Assembly: GCA_051362555.1 (NCBI GenBank)
Contig: CM120640.1
Coordinates: 10,788,001 to 10,852,000, forward strand
DNA length: 64,000 nt
DNA from: Lingula anatina
Lineage: Eukaryota; Animalia; Brachiopoda
Direction: 5' to 3'
Positions within the stretch are counted from its first letter, which is position 1, and each line of letters opens with the position of its first letter. A program made the translations under genes and the position numbers. Shown in pieces: positions 50,201 through 62,812 of this stretch. A model generated the notes under the pieces. The model was given only the letters and a program-made list of their open reading frames with translations. It did not search any database and had not been told where the DNA came from.

Positions 50201-53200
50201 TTACACAATGCATGATAACAGGTTTACCATCATTTTTATATAATCAACTAACAATATTGTTAAGAAGCAGAAAATGTCAAAACAACACTTTTACATATCT
50301 AATTAGTTCCATATTGAGACTGTTAACATGCCTAAGAATTAAATCTGAAGAAAAAAAACACTTATATACAAAAAGGCTAATAACTTCATCAAAACTTAAC
50401 TGATCAAGCTTATTTTCAAACTTGATCTGTATACTAGTCAGACTAATCACTGCTGTGAGTTGCAAGACAAAAGGCTGATTGGTTTTCCTTAAAATGTGTT
50501 ATCAGTGTTGCATATATGCTGAATAAGGAAAAAAAACAGCATAACAGTTGTAAATATAGTCCAATCAAGCCAATTTTCAAACTTGAAATGCGTATTATGA
50601 ATATTCATCAGTTTCAATCCAAAAAGAAAAACATTTTTACACTGATCCTGTTTTCCGTGTTACAAAAATGCTGAAAAATTTGAAAAAAAACCTATCATAA
50701 CTTCCCTAAAATTGGCCGGATCATGCTGAATTTCAAACTTAACCTGCTATTATAAATACTGCGTATTATAAATATTAATCAGTTCTGTAAGTTTCAAGCC
50801 AAAAAGTAAAACGGTATTTTACTTATCATGTTATCGGTGCTACATAAATGCTGAAAAAAGTGAAACAAGACAGCACTGTTCTGAAATGGGTTTATTACCA
50901 TTTTTAAGACTTTTTAAACATAAAACAAAATAAACAGTGCCATTTTTATATGACCAACTAAGAAAATTGATGAGATGGGAAAATATCAATAAGACAGTGT
51001 TATATGTCCAATTTCCTCCATTATGAGATTCTGAACATAGTGGATGATTGAATCTGACAAACTGCAATGATATGTGTTTATTTCCATTTTTGACACTTTA
51101 TTACACAATACACGATAACAGGTTTACTATCATTTTTACAAAATCAACTAACAATGTTGTAAAGATGCAGGAAATGCCAAACAAACACTTTTACGTATCT
51201 TATTAGTTAAATAATGAGAGTGTTAACATGCCTAAGAATTGAATGTGAGGAAATGTGAAAAAACAGCATAACTTCTAAAATAATGGACCGATTATGCTGA
51301 TTTTCCAACTCAACCTTCATTTTAGTAAGATTGGCCACTCCTATGAGTATTATGACAATTGGCCTATCTGTTTTTCACTTATCGTGTTATCAGTGTTGCA
51401 TATATGCTGAAAAAAGTGAAAAAAACAACTTAACTTCCATAAAAGTGGTCCAATCATGCTGATTTTCAAACTCGACCTGTGTATTATGAATATTTATCAG
51501 TTCTGTAAGTTTCAAGCCAAAGGGTAAAACAGCTTTTCATTTATTGTGTTATCGGTGTTGCAAAAATGCTGAAAAAAAGTGAAAAAATAGCCTAAATTCA
51601 GTAAAAATGACCCAATCATGCTGATTTTCAAACTTGACCTGCGTATTATGAATATTCATCAGTTCGGTAAGTTTCAAGCCAAAAGGTAAAATGGTTTTCC
51701 ATTTATGGTGTTATCGGTGCTGTATATATGCTGAAAAAAGAGAAAAAATAGCTTAAATTTACTAAAAATGACCCAATCACGCTAATTTTCGAACTTGACC
51801 TGCGTATTATGAATATTCATCAGTTCTGTAAGTTTCAAGCCAAAAGGTAAAATGGTTTTCCATTTATGGTGTTATCGGTGCTGCATATATGCTGAAAAAA
51901 GTGAAAAAACAGCATAAATTCCCTATAAGTGACCCGATCATGCTGATTTTCGAACTTGACCTGCGTATTATGAATATTCATCAGTTCTGTAAGTTTCAAG
52001 CCAAAAGAAAAAATATTTTTCCACTTATCGTGTTATCGGTAAAAGTGCAAGGCGACGACGGCAACGACGGCGACGACAGACGCAGATGACGGCTATATGT
52101 ACAGACACATCTGTGTCTGTACATAAAAATACATGAAATGATAGAGCAGTTTAAATAATTCAATGACCTACTGTAAATATAGCTACAATTGAAATAATCA
52201 TATTTGCTTGTTTACAAGCTCTCAAATTTTCTTATAGGATTAATGTAAATTACCAACCTGATGGAAGAGAGGGCTGTGAATTATTGGAATATCTAGTCTC
52301 TTGAGCCAAGTTCCCAGCAGCATGTCATCTGGGGACTCATCAGAAGGGCAGTATGCCGTCTTGGTGTCCAACAGGGCACTCACTGTTTTCTGGCTTAGCA
52401 CCATTCTGTAATATGTAGTATATGCTTTACTAATTTTTATGGTCATATTTTCATTCTGACAAATAAGAATTATAATAAGGTAAAAATAAATTAAACATGC
52501 TTTGTTTTTGATGTTTCAAAACATCAACGGCGTTCTTACTGCATACAATTTCCTGTATTTCTTAATACATTTAAAATCTGAAATACCTGATTCTATAAAA
52601 TTGTGTCATACATCTGTTTGGTCGAATGTTAATAAATGTTGCATGTTTATATTGGTTGAATCACACGTTATATCTGTTTTATAACAGTACAGTTAAGAGG
52701 CAAACTCACCCACCGCCGCCAGTGATATAATCATATCCCAGCCCTGAAGAAGTTCCGTAGCCATACCTCTCTCCCAGGGCAACCTTTTCCTCTGGATTAT
52801 AGCAAGCTAGAAGTCTCTGAAGTCTACTTACACTAAAATATTGCAGAGGAGATTTCATAAGTGATGTTCTGGTAAATATGAAACTTAACATAAAGGTATT
52901 TATAGCTTCAATTTCATGTATAAAGTGAAATGATCAAACTTCTGATCATTATCAACAGACTACAAATAAGAATTTCCATCAGAAAAAAAAGAGGTACATG
53001 TACTTGTTTGTTGAATTGAATAGCTGTTAATCTAAATGGCAGTTTCTTGGTGAAGAAGTATTGTTTTCTCAAAGTTATATTTGTCTACCATCAGATTTTG
53101 GTTACTGTGTATGCAGACTACATAGCCCCACTGTTTGACAAGTTTACTCCACTACCTGATTGTGAATTGAGAACCAAGATTGAAGAGCTGGCAGCAGGCA

Positions 53201-56200
53201 TAGGGTTTCCACTGTTCAAGTTGTGTGCAGTTATACTTGAGAGTATCTTGTTCAAAACGTTTAAAGTGCACTATGATTTCATGTAGAACAGTAGGATCAT
53301 TTTATACCTAATAAAGTTCCATTCAATATTTGATTGTATAGATAATTTCATGTCTGTTATAATTGTTTTTTTTTTTTTTCAAATTAATTAAAGATGCTAT
53401 TTACCTCAGAAGGGTGTCATCATCAGCAACGACTAACCATGGAATCTTGGATAAATTTTCTTTACTATGAACTCTTTTTAGTATGGCAAGAAATTTGCCG
53501 CAATGACCTGTGAAATATTGATTAGTATTTCAGTAATTGGCTAATCTACACCAAAAAGCTAATTCAAAAATAAAACGTGCAATCTTTCTTTACACGCTGA
53601 TACATGCAACAATTTCATTGGATCATTACACTACAAAAAGCTTCTTAATGAAATGAAATATCTGATTACTATTGCTGGCCCAACTGGTTTTGGGTACATA
53701 TACATTAACTAAAAATTAAATTAGTAAATCTGATGCTATTTCAGGCTTGACACAAAATTGCTATTCTTACCTGTTCTTCAAAACAAATAACAAACAATTA
53801 TGATTCAAAACCATACAGTTTTCTTGAAGAACAACAATTTAAATGTAAAAATCTTTTAAACATTCACTGAATCATTTATACCTCTGACAGTGTTTGGCAC
53901 TCCTAAATCAATTGTCGGTATACTGCTATCTTCCTTTTCACTGTAATATTCTATGTTCATAGCATCTTGTCCCCATGTTTTTTGAACCACAGGTACTGGA
54001 AAATATATTTTTATTTTTAAACCTTTTTTCTTAAAATATGTATACTATACACTAGAAGTATAATTGTTTTGAAAATAACAGGCGGTCTTGCCAATCCTTA
54101 CAAACCTAAAGATGATCAGTTATGCCAATAATTACTGTACTGTACTTAAGATGATAAAATTTCTTTAACAAGCCTATAGTTGCAAACTTTATTACTCATC
54201 ATTTAAATACAACTATTACTACTTTTTCCAGACTTCTTCAAGAACAATTTTAAACAAACATACCTCTTTCTGTATGATATTGTTCACAGGTTTTTATTGC
54301 AAAAAATATTTTTTCTTTTGGAACAGGAGCCCCCTATGTAAAAAATATGTATAAAACTAGTATATAGTCACAAAAGAGTAATTCCTCTGGGTCACTTAGA
54401 CTTATATAATACCCCAAACACTGCAGGAGTTTTCATTCTTACATCTATAAAGTAGTGAAGCTGTTGATTTATTAGTTTAATGTTCCTATCAATGAATCAT
54501 AAGCTTTCATCTATTGATTTTTATAGGAAAAAATATGGTTAAATAATTAAGCATGCTTACAGCAAAAATGATTATAACATTTTTCACAGATAAAACTCAC
54601 ACTGGACTTCATAAAATATTATGGGCCTACTTACACAATCAGGCAGGCGTACTTCACAGTTTGTAGCACACTTTTCATCTGGTTCACCAGCACATAGTTC
54701 TGGAATATCTGTCAACCTTGGTCCCCTGTCATCATCCCATATAAACTTTGCCAGCTAAGATATAATTAAATATAGATAATCATATATGAAATAAAAAGTT
54801 CTTATTATGTGCTAATGGCTAAAAGTGAATGTGCCAGGTAATTAAAAATTAAAACAAATATTTAATAATTTTTACAAGGCTAGTTTTGTGATGAATCAAA
54901 ACCCACTTGAGAAAAAAATTTTTAAAAATTTAATATCAATTATATGTGACGTAAGGAGAGTACCATGTTACCTCATGCTTAGGATCTATGGTAAAATCCA
55001 TTTTAGATTTTTTCTCCAACCACCTTTCAGCTAAACTGAAAGAAATATGCCACTATAAATACATGAAAGGGCAAATCTTGATCACATTACAAGTGAACCA
55101 AATTCTTTCACAATAAATTTAAGAAAAAACCTGCAATCTTTAGGATATTCAAAACACCCAAACTAGGAATAATTAAAGATAACTTTACGCCTGTATTCAA
55201 GGTGTGGTCTTGCATCTAATTGAATGTCTTACTGCTACCATTTAGAGGCACATTTGGTCAAAATATTTTGAACAATCATCCAATCTACTTATTTCATATT
55301 TTAATGGTGAAATGTGCACCTAACTAGAAAAGCAATTAGATAGTGCAGTCCTCTACTAGAGCAACTCATTTTTCATTACCTTAAAACGTTGATTAATCAG
55401 CCAGCTAGTAAATTAATTTATTAATCAGTATTTTTCATCAATTATCCACTAATTAACTGAATTCTAATTAATATCAATAAACAGAAAATTGATAAGTTGA
55501 ATAATTAATAAACTAATAAATTAACTATTAAATTGCAACCCAAATACAGCCTACTCCTATCCTGAACATTTCATCAAAATTCTCCATACTTTATAAATTT
55601 ACTATCACAATCCAGCCATAATTTTTTTGGGTTAGGCTGGTGACAAACAGAACAAAAGACAAAAGAAGGTGCATTAACCCCCTTGGAGGAAGTTAAAAGG
55701 GACAAGGGCAAGCACTTTAACAAGTCATAAAATAAGCAGTAGTTTAGGATGAAAGATATTCAATCTTATCTGGGAGATAAGGCCACAGGATTTATCAGTT
55801 GTAACCAACAAATTTCTTTGCTGCATGCCATCGTCTACCTTAAGGTACAAGTCCTATGAAATAAAATGTCTTGGAATGTGTGAAGAAAATCAATACAAAG
55901 ACAAACCTAGCTGCTCGACAAACTGATAGTGTCTTGGACAAGGTTGCATGACTTTGTACTATGATTGAAAATATTAATTATTAATGGATTACCTCTTGAT
56001 TAACGGCTGACTGAGTAAGAAACCAGCAGCAAAGTCTGGATATGCAAAGCTACTGGGATTATCATGGAATGCAAAATGATGGATGATGGTTGGTATGCTG
56101 TCCCTGAGAGCTTTACCTAGAAATTGTTCCTGGAACGAAATTGGATATTTCATTATAAGTCATAACCCCATGCAAGGTTTATCACCATATAATGATTAAA

Positions 56201-59200
56201 ATCCATTACTTAATTCCCAAAGCTAATAAAGTGCCATAATGAAGTCAAGTACTGGTTGTTCCTTTAAGGGTATTCTGGTGTTGGGTAAAGGTTTGTTGCT
56301 TGAATCAGACACTTAGAAAGTTTTTATGGCATTTAAATAATATTGTGGTTCAACACAATGCCATCTCATCAAAACTGCTACACTACAAACCTTAAAACAC
56401 CCTTTACACTGGACGGTGTCCTTTCTGCATCCTTTTCAAAACTATGAAACTGGCATCGCTGTGGTCATAGAAAGGAGTCACAAGCATCACCTTGCTTGCA
56501 GAATGAATGCGCAATGATCAACCAGTTGTTAGGTTTTATTTTTCTTACTCTTAAACGGGGCTGTACTACGGGATGCAGAAATGAACCATACAGTGTAAAG
56601 CGGGCTTAACACTTACCTTTGAGGGATCAAATCTTTTTAGCACCTCCAAAAGTTTTGCCAAATTAATGCTTGTTTGGTCTTCACAAAAAAATAGCCATCT
56701 GAATTTTGAAAATTTTTCTGCCAAGCTGGAATCAAAGTAATTGTCAAAGATTATTTCAAACTTTCCAAGAGGTCCTGTTGATTTCTCATTAAGTAAAAAA
56801 AAAAACTTTCTTTGGTTAAAATAAGTAATTAGCAATACTAGTCTTTGTGAAATCAGTAAGACTTCTTACTCTGTAAGAAGTGGCTGCACTGTCCAGGCAC
56901 CAGTCTTTCCTGGCCATTGTTCATGGAGGAGAGTGACACTTGGTGCAGCCTACAACAGAACAAATGTAACTGTATATTTGCTTGCTGAGAAGTGTGGGCC
57001 TAAGTTCTACAGTTACGGCTTGGCTTTATGAAGTTTTCCTTTCTCTAAGGAAGGTCTACTTTGTAACACAATAAATGTATTTTTCAGCTCAGTAACATCT
57101 TTTTACTCCTAGGTTTTTTCACCTATCTATACCTCAAAAACAAACAAAAAAGCAAGCACATGTACTTCACAGTAACCTTCTTAGTATAAATGACAAATGT
57201 AGACATGGGTACTTAAAGAAATAACATTTAAAAACTTAAGAAACATGAAGTACGTTTTCTAAAATGATTTTCACAGACTAAAACAATTGTAAATATGGAA
57301 GCAGAAGGACAAGAAAGCAGATATCTTTTAAATAAGAAATGGAAAAGAGAGATTAACAGTAGAAAATGCAATAATATAAGGGCACATTCACATCGAGAAG
57401 AGCCGAGGTCTAGTAAGGCCACAACCTAAATATGGCGGACCTACATGAAAGGAAGATTGCAAATCCTCTAATGGTCTCTCCGCCTCTCACACGCCTCCCC
57501 ACACGTCGTCCCTGCAGGGGCACAGTAATTAAATCTCGGCTCAATTCAACAGGTTGAGGGACAACGCGCGGAGAGGCGTGTGAGAGGCGGAGAGACCATT
57601 ACAGGATTAGCAGTCTTCCTTTCATGTAGGTCCGCCATATTTAGGTTGCGGCCTTACTAGACCTCAGCTCTTCTCGATGTGAATGCTCCCTTAGTCAGTA
57701 AAAAAAAAAAAATACCTACCCATTTTAATTTTTTTGCTTGTTCTTCTAAGCTGCTCTTAATTTTTTGTGCACGTAATATGTGGAAAGATTCAGGCTGGCT
57801 CAGTATAATAAATGCCACATCTCCAATATCTGAATACAAGGAGCAATAGAGTAAAAAAGTATTAAACACTGTTCAGTTGGTTAAAGGTCACAGCGAATGA
57901 ACACCTAAGACTGAGTTGTTCCAACACATCTGAGGTCTCAAGATACATCAATGTTGAGGTACTTGAATGTTCCATCAGTGGGACAGTGTGGAGATCTTGG
58001 ACTGTGATCCCTGTGGTTCAATCAAGGGGTGAAAGAGGTTATTTAAGTTCAGGCCCAAAGACCTTCACTAAACAAGGACAGGGGAGGGCACTACCTGTCT
58101 CACATCTAGGGCAGTGTTATAGTGAGCAATTCTCACTAGACTGTTCACTATATATGATTTCAGTGTGACTGATAAAGTCTCATATGTTGGGACGAAAGCC
58201 ATAATTTTCAGTAAGTGTAGAAAATGAACAGTTCAAAATTTCATTATTATGAGTAACATTACTACTTGGATTAATTTTCATCAGAATATCTTTAACAGGG
58301 TCCCTATTTCTTTTTTTCACAAAAAGGAGGAAGTCCTTGAAAATGAGTAAAATGGCCATGAATCACCAATTAAAAAATCAGGTTCACATAAAAACTAGGA
58401 ATGTACTTATGAACTATATATTTTAGTTATTTATTCGAAACTGCACCTCTTTTAAATAATAACTTTACTCATAAAATATTTTCTCTGGCTGCACATTATT
58501 TAAATTTTCATGAAAGCTTGTAAAGTTCATACATGTACTACATACAATATACATCAGCATACATTAAACATGTATTCTTGTCTTTAGATAATGTGTGAAA
58601 TACCGTGTTCTTTTTTAGTTACTCCTTCAACCATTTCTTATTCTAATACCCATAGATAAAGCATGACATTATCAGCTGAATTAAGAATTGCAAATAGCCC
58701 ATAACCTGTTCTACATGGCCGATCAAGCTCTTATACCAGTGCAGCAAGTACACATCAACAGCATATTTTTTCCCTTTAATATACAAATAGGAAAGCCCAT
58801 TCAGACATTTGGAACTGGAACATTTTAAGTGCAATGTATAAAGCTTTACATGTATTTTACAGAACTGATGTAAAAAAAGTAATTTTCTGTTTAACTCCTG
58901 CCTTTGGATCTAAAATTTAGGTGCAAATTAATTTTATCATTTTAATCCTTACTTCTTATTGTTCACTATCAAAATGCATTAACAATGTCATTTAAGTCTT
59001 ATCTGCTTAAATGCATGTACATGTATATCAACCTTAGAGTTAACAGTCATTATATTCCTAATTTCAATTCAATGTAAAATAAACCATTTAAATTTTATAA
59101 AAATGTATAAAAACTATGATCAATTTCTTCATATAAAGGCTCAAATAATTATTATATACAAGAAAATTGACATAACTCCCAGTGAACTTGTCCTTACGTC

Positions 59201-59484
59201 ATAGTTATCATATTAAGACGGCGTTTAATTAAAGCTTTCAAACGTCAGCGACCAGGGTCGGCAGACTTACCTGTTGGATAGGCTGCCTCCTCCAAATCTG
59301 ACACAGTGTCAGAAACAAGAACACCTGAAAGAAAAGCGATGATGCATTGATCAGGAAAAGTACTTCTTTTCAATAAATTTAAAATCAAACACAGATCGAA
59401 ATAGAATTTTAAATAAACAAACTCTTATTTACCTAAGATGATAAGCAAGATAGAAAACCTGTCTGCTACACGTGAAGAAGCCAT
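47293..59484 (-). CDS. B3GLCT: Beta-1,3-glucosyltransferase (fringe-like GT31), ER-retained
   Basis: Exons 59433-59484, 59271-59324, (possibly 58604-58636), 57720-57829, 56870-56949, 56617-56725, 55993-56129, 54972-55035, 54635-54754, 54264-54333, 53882-53995, 53405-53507, 52710-52832, 52258-52405, 47293-47487. Motifs: [76 protein letters not shown]...[39 protein letters not shown]-terminal HDEL. Confidence 0.96.
47614..48590 (+). mobile_element. Partial H1 HINE-like copy lacking the 3' hairpin
   Basis: Collinear with about 26965-27830 (CCAAACAGACTGCATTGCCTACTGAAGCTG...), with 2 diverged repeat units. Confidence 0.8.
49465..49592. repeat. Two-copy tandem duplication of about 64 bp
   Basis: GTGTGTTTTA(C/T)GTAATCTCATTTAATGGCCACTTGAAAA...TTAAGCAAATTA occurs twice, head to tail. 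Confidence 0.85.
49645..52129 (+). mobile_element. Composite H1 element: a diverged copy (about 49645-50860) fused to a younger copy (about 50861-52129)
   Basis: The sequence restarts at AAACAAGACAGCACTGTTCTGAAATGGG (about 50863) in the middle of a repeat unit. About 5 units of 161-163 bp follow, then the (GAC)n tract and a perfect 3' hairpin ending at 52125. Confidence 0.8.
53095..53242 (+). pseudogene. ZMPSTE24: Isolated exon-like fragment of CAAX prenyl protease 1 (Ste24), antisense within a B3GLCT intron
   Basis: [43 protein letters not shown] matches the conserved Ste24 segment [20 protein letters not shown]...IE..A..I.FPL.K. It is preceded by a pyrimidine tract and CAG (53092-53094) and followed by GTATCT. 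No other Ste24 exon was seen in the window. Confidence 0.8.
55555..55697 (+). mobile_element. Degraded H2 HINE-like copy
   Basis: CCTATCCTGAACATTTCATCAAAAT...AATCCAGCCATAATTTTTT...ACAAACAG...ATTAACCCCCTTGGAGGAAGTTAA, similar to 45340-45503. Confidence 0.45.
57380..57690. mobile_element. Palindromic PIF/Harbinger-like MITE
   Basis: Inverted arms of about 120 bp, GGGCACATTCACATCGAGAAGAG...CTCTTCTCGATGTGAATGCTCCC, with TAA/TTA flanks. The terminal GGG..CATTCACAT is shared with 34376-34609. Confidence 0.85.
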
Positions 59485-59596
59485 GTTTGTTGACGTCGTG
59501 AATGTGCATTTCATTTTTATAGGCTCGGATTCGATATGCGTGGTCCAATAGAATAACGCCTCTTAACCAGCCCATGGTGAATATGGTTGTTTAAAA
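59485..59596. promoter_or_regulatory. Compact bidirectional promoter between B3GLCT and the TBC-like gene
   Basis: Only 112 bp separate the divergent ATGs (59484 and 59597). Contains TGACGTC (about 59491), CCAAT (about 59545) and a YY1-like AAAATGGCGGC overlapping the second ATG. Confidence 0.65.
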
Positions 59597-62500
59597 ATGG
59601 CGGCAAAGGGAGGATTTCCTTCGTGGTTACTTGACGGAAAAGAGCGCATAAGTAGTTCTCAGGTAAAATGGAAGCTTTTGGTGATTTCTTTTCCAACTGA
59701 AGAATTTATTGTTTCCATTAATATAAATAGCAAATAAATGTGTCTGCAGAGTACATGTTTAATGCATCGCAATCAACATTAAAACTCAAGTTGCGGGGCA
59801 ACTCGTTAAGCCTTATCACCCCAAATGTTATAGAGAGATTTTCTACTACACATTACCCTCGAAATATAAGCAAACGAAGCAATGATTTGAACTTTAAAAG
59901 AAAAAGTATGGATTTCAAAAAGAAATACTAGTTAGTGAATGAAACTGAATTTTGTTTCTGGTTTCATTAAGTGCCTTTTCTTACATTTGCACCCCTTTCG
60001 CCCCACAGCTAGAATATTTTATTTGCAGCTAAACATATCACAAGGAAAATACATGTAAGTAACATTTAGTTTCAAATTACTTACCACCTTGCAGAGAGAG
60101 AATTTGAATTTTCATTTTTTTTTTTTTTTCATTTAGGATTGGAAAGCCTTTGTTGCTGAACTGCATGAAGTGATACAACAGCAACTTGCAGAAAGTCACG
60201 TTCAACAGTTTACAGACCTGTCAGATGCTGAAAAGACTTTATTCATGGAAAGGGCTGCCATGGCTCTACAGGGAGGTAAAGAACAAAGAATTTGATTGTG
60301 TTCATATATTCAAATTTTTCTTTCATTGCTTTCAGTTTTGCATACTACAAGGTCTTACGTTGCAGTTAATTTCATATACCAGTACATGTACATTTATTAA
60401 ATTAAAGAAGGATGATCAGATATGCATATTTCAGGAATGTGAATATTTTATCTCATTTAATTTCATAGGTCAAGAATATGATGCACTGTATGCAAAGGTT
60501 TCACTAACTATGGACCAGTGTTTAAGTAATGAAATAGCAAGGGAATTACTTGAAGAATCACCAATCAATACAAAGACTGATTTAATCCTTAACAATGCCA
60601 AAGAAGGTTCAGTTGGCATTTTAAAGAAATGGCCAGATCTCAAAAGCAAGTTGCATGTTTGTTTCAATCAGTCTTTACCTTGGGCACTGCGGCACATTGT
60701 ATGGAGACTTTTTCTAAGTAGTACTAAAGGTATGTCCAGGTTATATCTTCCTGTATCTGGTAAATCTTATGTAAAGAATTTTAAAATGATTTAATTGTAT
60801 TAACACCCGCATTTGTGTCTGCATTTGTTATTCTCAGGTTGACCATTGAATAACCAATTTCTTTTTGAAATGAAATTTGTGCACCTCTATTGATACTCTT
60901 TTAATCTTGCTTTTTTTTTTTATTTCAGCAAGGAAAGAGTATGTAGACATATTGTCTACTAACCCAAGAGCAGCTATGTCTGAGCTAGACTTAGAAATTT
61001 CTCAGAAATGTGAAAACCTGTTGAATTCAGAGACAACAGTTGAGGAGCTCAGGGGATCTGTAGGTGAGACCAGTACCCTATGATTATTGCCTTGAGGGTG
61101 CTTCACATCAAAAGAACATTGGGTTGCCTAAATTTGTAATTTTAAATGATATTTTAAATTAGTAGTTGATACAGTGCGCTGTAAGGGGCAGGCATGGTGT
61201 AGATCTAATGAACCCTATGGACTGTGTCCTAAGCATAAAACTACCTGGCGATTGATCAGCCTAGTCTAGTCCTCACTGGGGGTAAGAAAATCATTTGATT
61301 GCATGCTTGATCTGTTGCACAGCTTGTACAAGCAGTAGCACAGTGAAATATATCTTTTATTTTGAAAACGTCAGTGGTTTTATGAAAAACAAAGTGATAA
61401 ATGAATAAAATAAAATATGTAACTCGTGGAAATAATATCATATTTTAGATTTTTAGTATTCTTGTTTAAATTTTTGTAATTGTGGGACATATCACTGCAG
61501 GTGCATTTTATGGAATGAAGGCAGTGTTGTCATATTACCATTCAAGAAAACAAAGCAGAGTCAGCCTCACAGACATAGAATATATGTTAATGCTTCCGCT
61601 GATATACACAGCATCGAAAAGCATATCAAGGTAAAGTCATAGTTGACAAACCTTCAGCAAAGGTAGAACTTTATCTTTCCTCTCTAAAGAAACATGTTTT
61701 AAGATGTGGAATTATATGCATATGTAATTTTGAATTAACACATGATATAGGTATTCTTGTTTAAACAGTGCATTTTGTCTAGTGAAAGTGTGCTTTGTTC
61801 AGATTTTTTAAATATTTATTTCATAGACGGGACCCTCCCCCAAGTCATGTTGTTGCTATGCTTGTTGAAGAATATATTTCTTTAATGGAGTCCAGACCAG
61901 GATATGTGGTGGATTCAGGATCAGATGTGAGTTTTATTTAGTTAGAATCAGTCAGTATATACTAGTTAAATAAGAAATTACCATTATTTCATCAGGAGTA
62001 GTGTTATGAATTAATTTTTGACACTTCTGTTTGTTTGAGAGGTACTTTTCATGATTGATAAAATTTCTGCTGCTGAAGCTTATCTGCTAAGACCCCCATT
62101 ACACAGAAAGGTGAATCTTGCACCTCCTTTTGTGCCACCATGAAACATGTCAGGCCACTATTGGAGGCTCAAAAGAGACTGGGTACACTCAGCTCATACA
62201 AGGGTGGTAGACAGGATGTTCAAATGTTGCCATGGTTGCCACAAATTTTTTTAGCATGCTCAAAAAATTATGTAATCTGCTCCAAAAGGGGGGGTGGGGT
62301 GGAGACCAGGTAGAAGCTTTTATAAAAACTGTTGCCTCGTTTCTGGATATTGATAAAGGTGTCTTGTGAGACATTGAAATATTAGAGTTCTACAGGAAAA
62401 TCCCCAATTTGGGTATTCATATTAGGCACAAGAATTGCTGGAACATTTATATAGAGATGTAAAGTGAAAGTGGCTCTGTGTAAAACTGAATGGGCTTAAC

Positions 62501-62765
62501 ATAATAAGAATCATCTTCATATTTTTTAGAAGTCCCAATAGATATATATGATTAATTAATTTTAATGTCAAGCTACATAATGAGTATTTATGGAGTATTG
62601 AAGGATGATTTTTTGTTGTGCAGTGTTTTCAATTAAGAGAGAAATATTGACCTTTTAGATACATGATGAAGAAATGAAGAGTTTCACTTTCAAAGTTGCC
62701 CAGATTATACAGGAAAGAGACTCAGACTTGGCAATCAAATTGGGGCAGGCTTGCATACCATCAGG

Positions 62766-62812
<47 letters not shown>

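Noticed and set aside
47635-52089. ORFs inside the H1 repeats (47635-47937, 50840-51067, 51889-52089, also 26718-26900)
   Set aside because: Incidental frames in non-coding repeat copies. They are not preserved between copies and show no Rep or helicase motifs.
60186-60794. 202-aa ORF as a single-exon gene
   Set aside because: Only 60469-60729 is a real exon in this frame. The upstream exon uses another frame, and the rest is intron.
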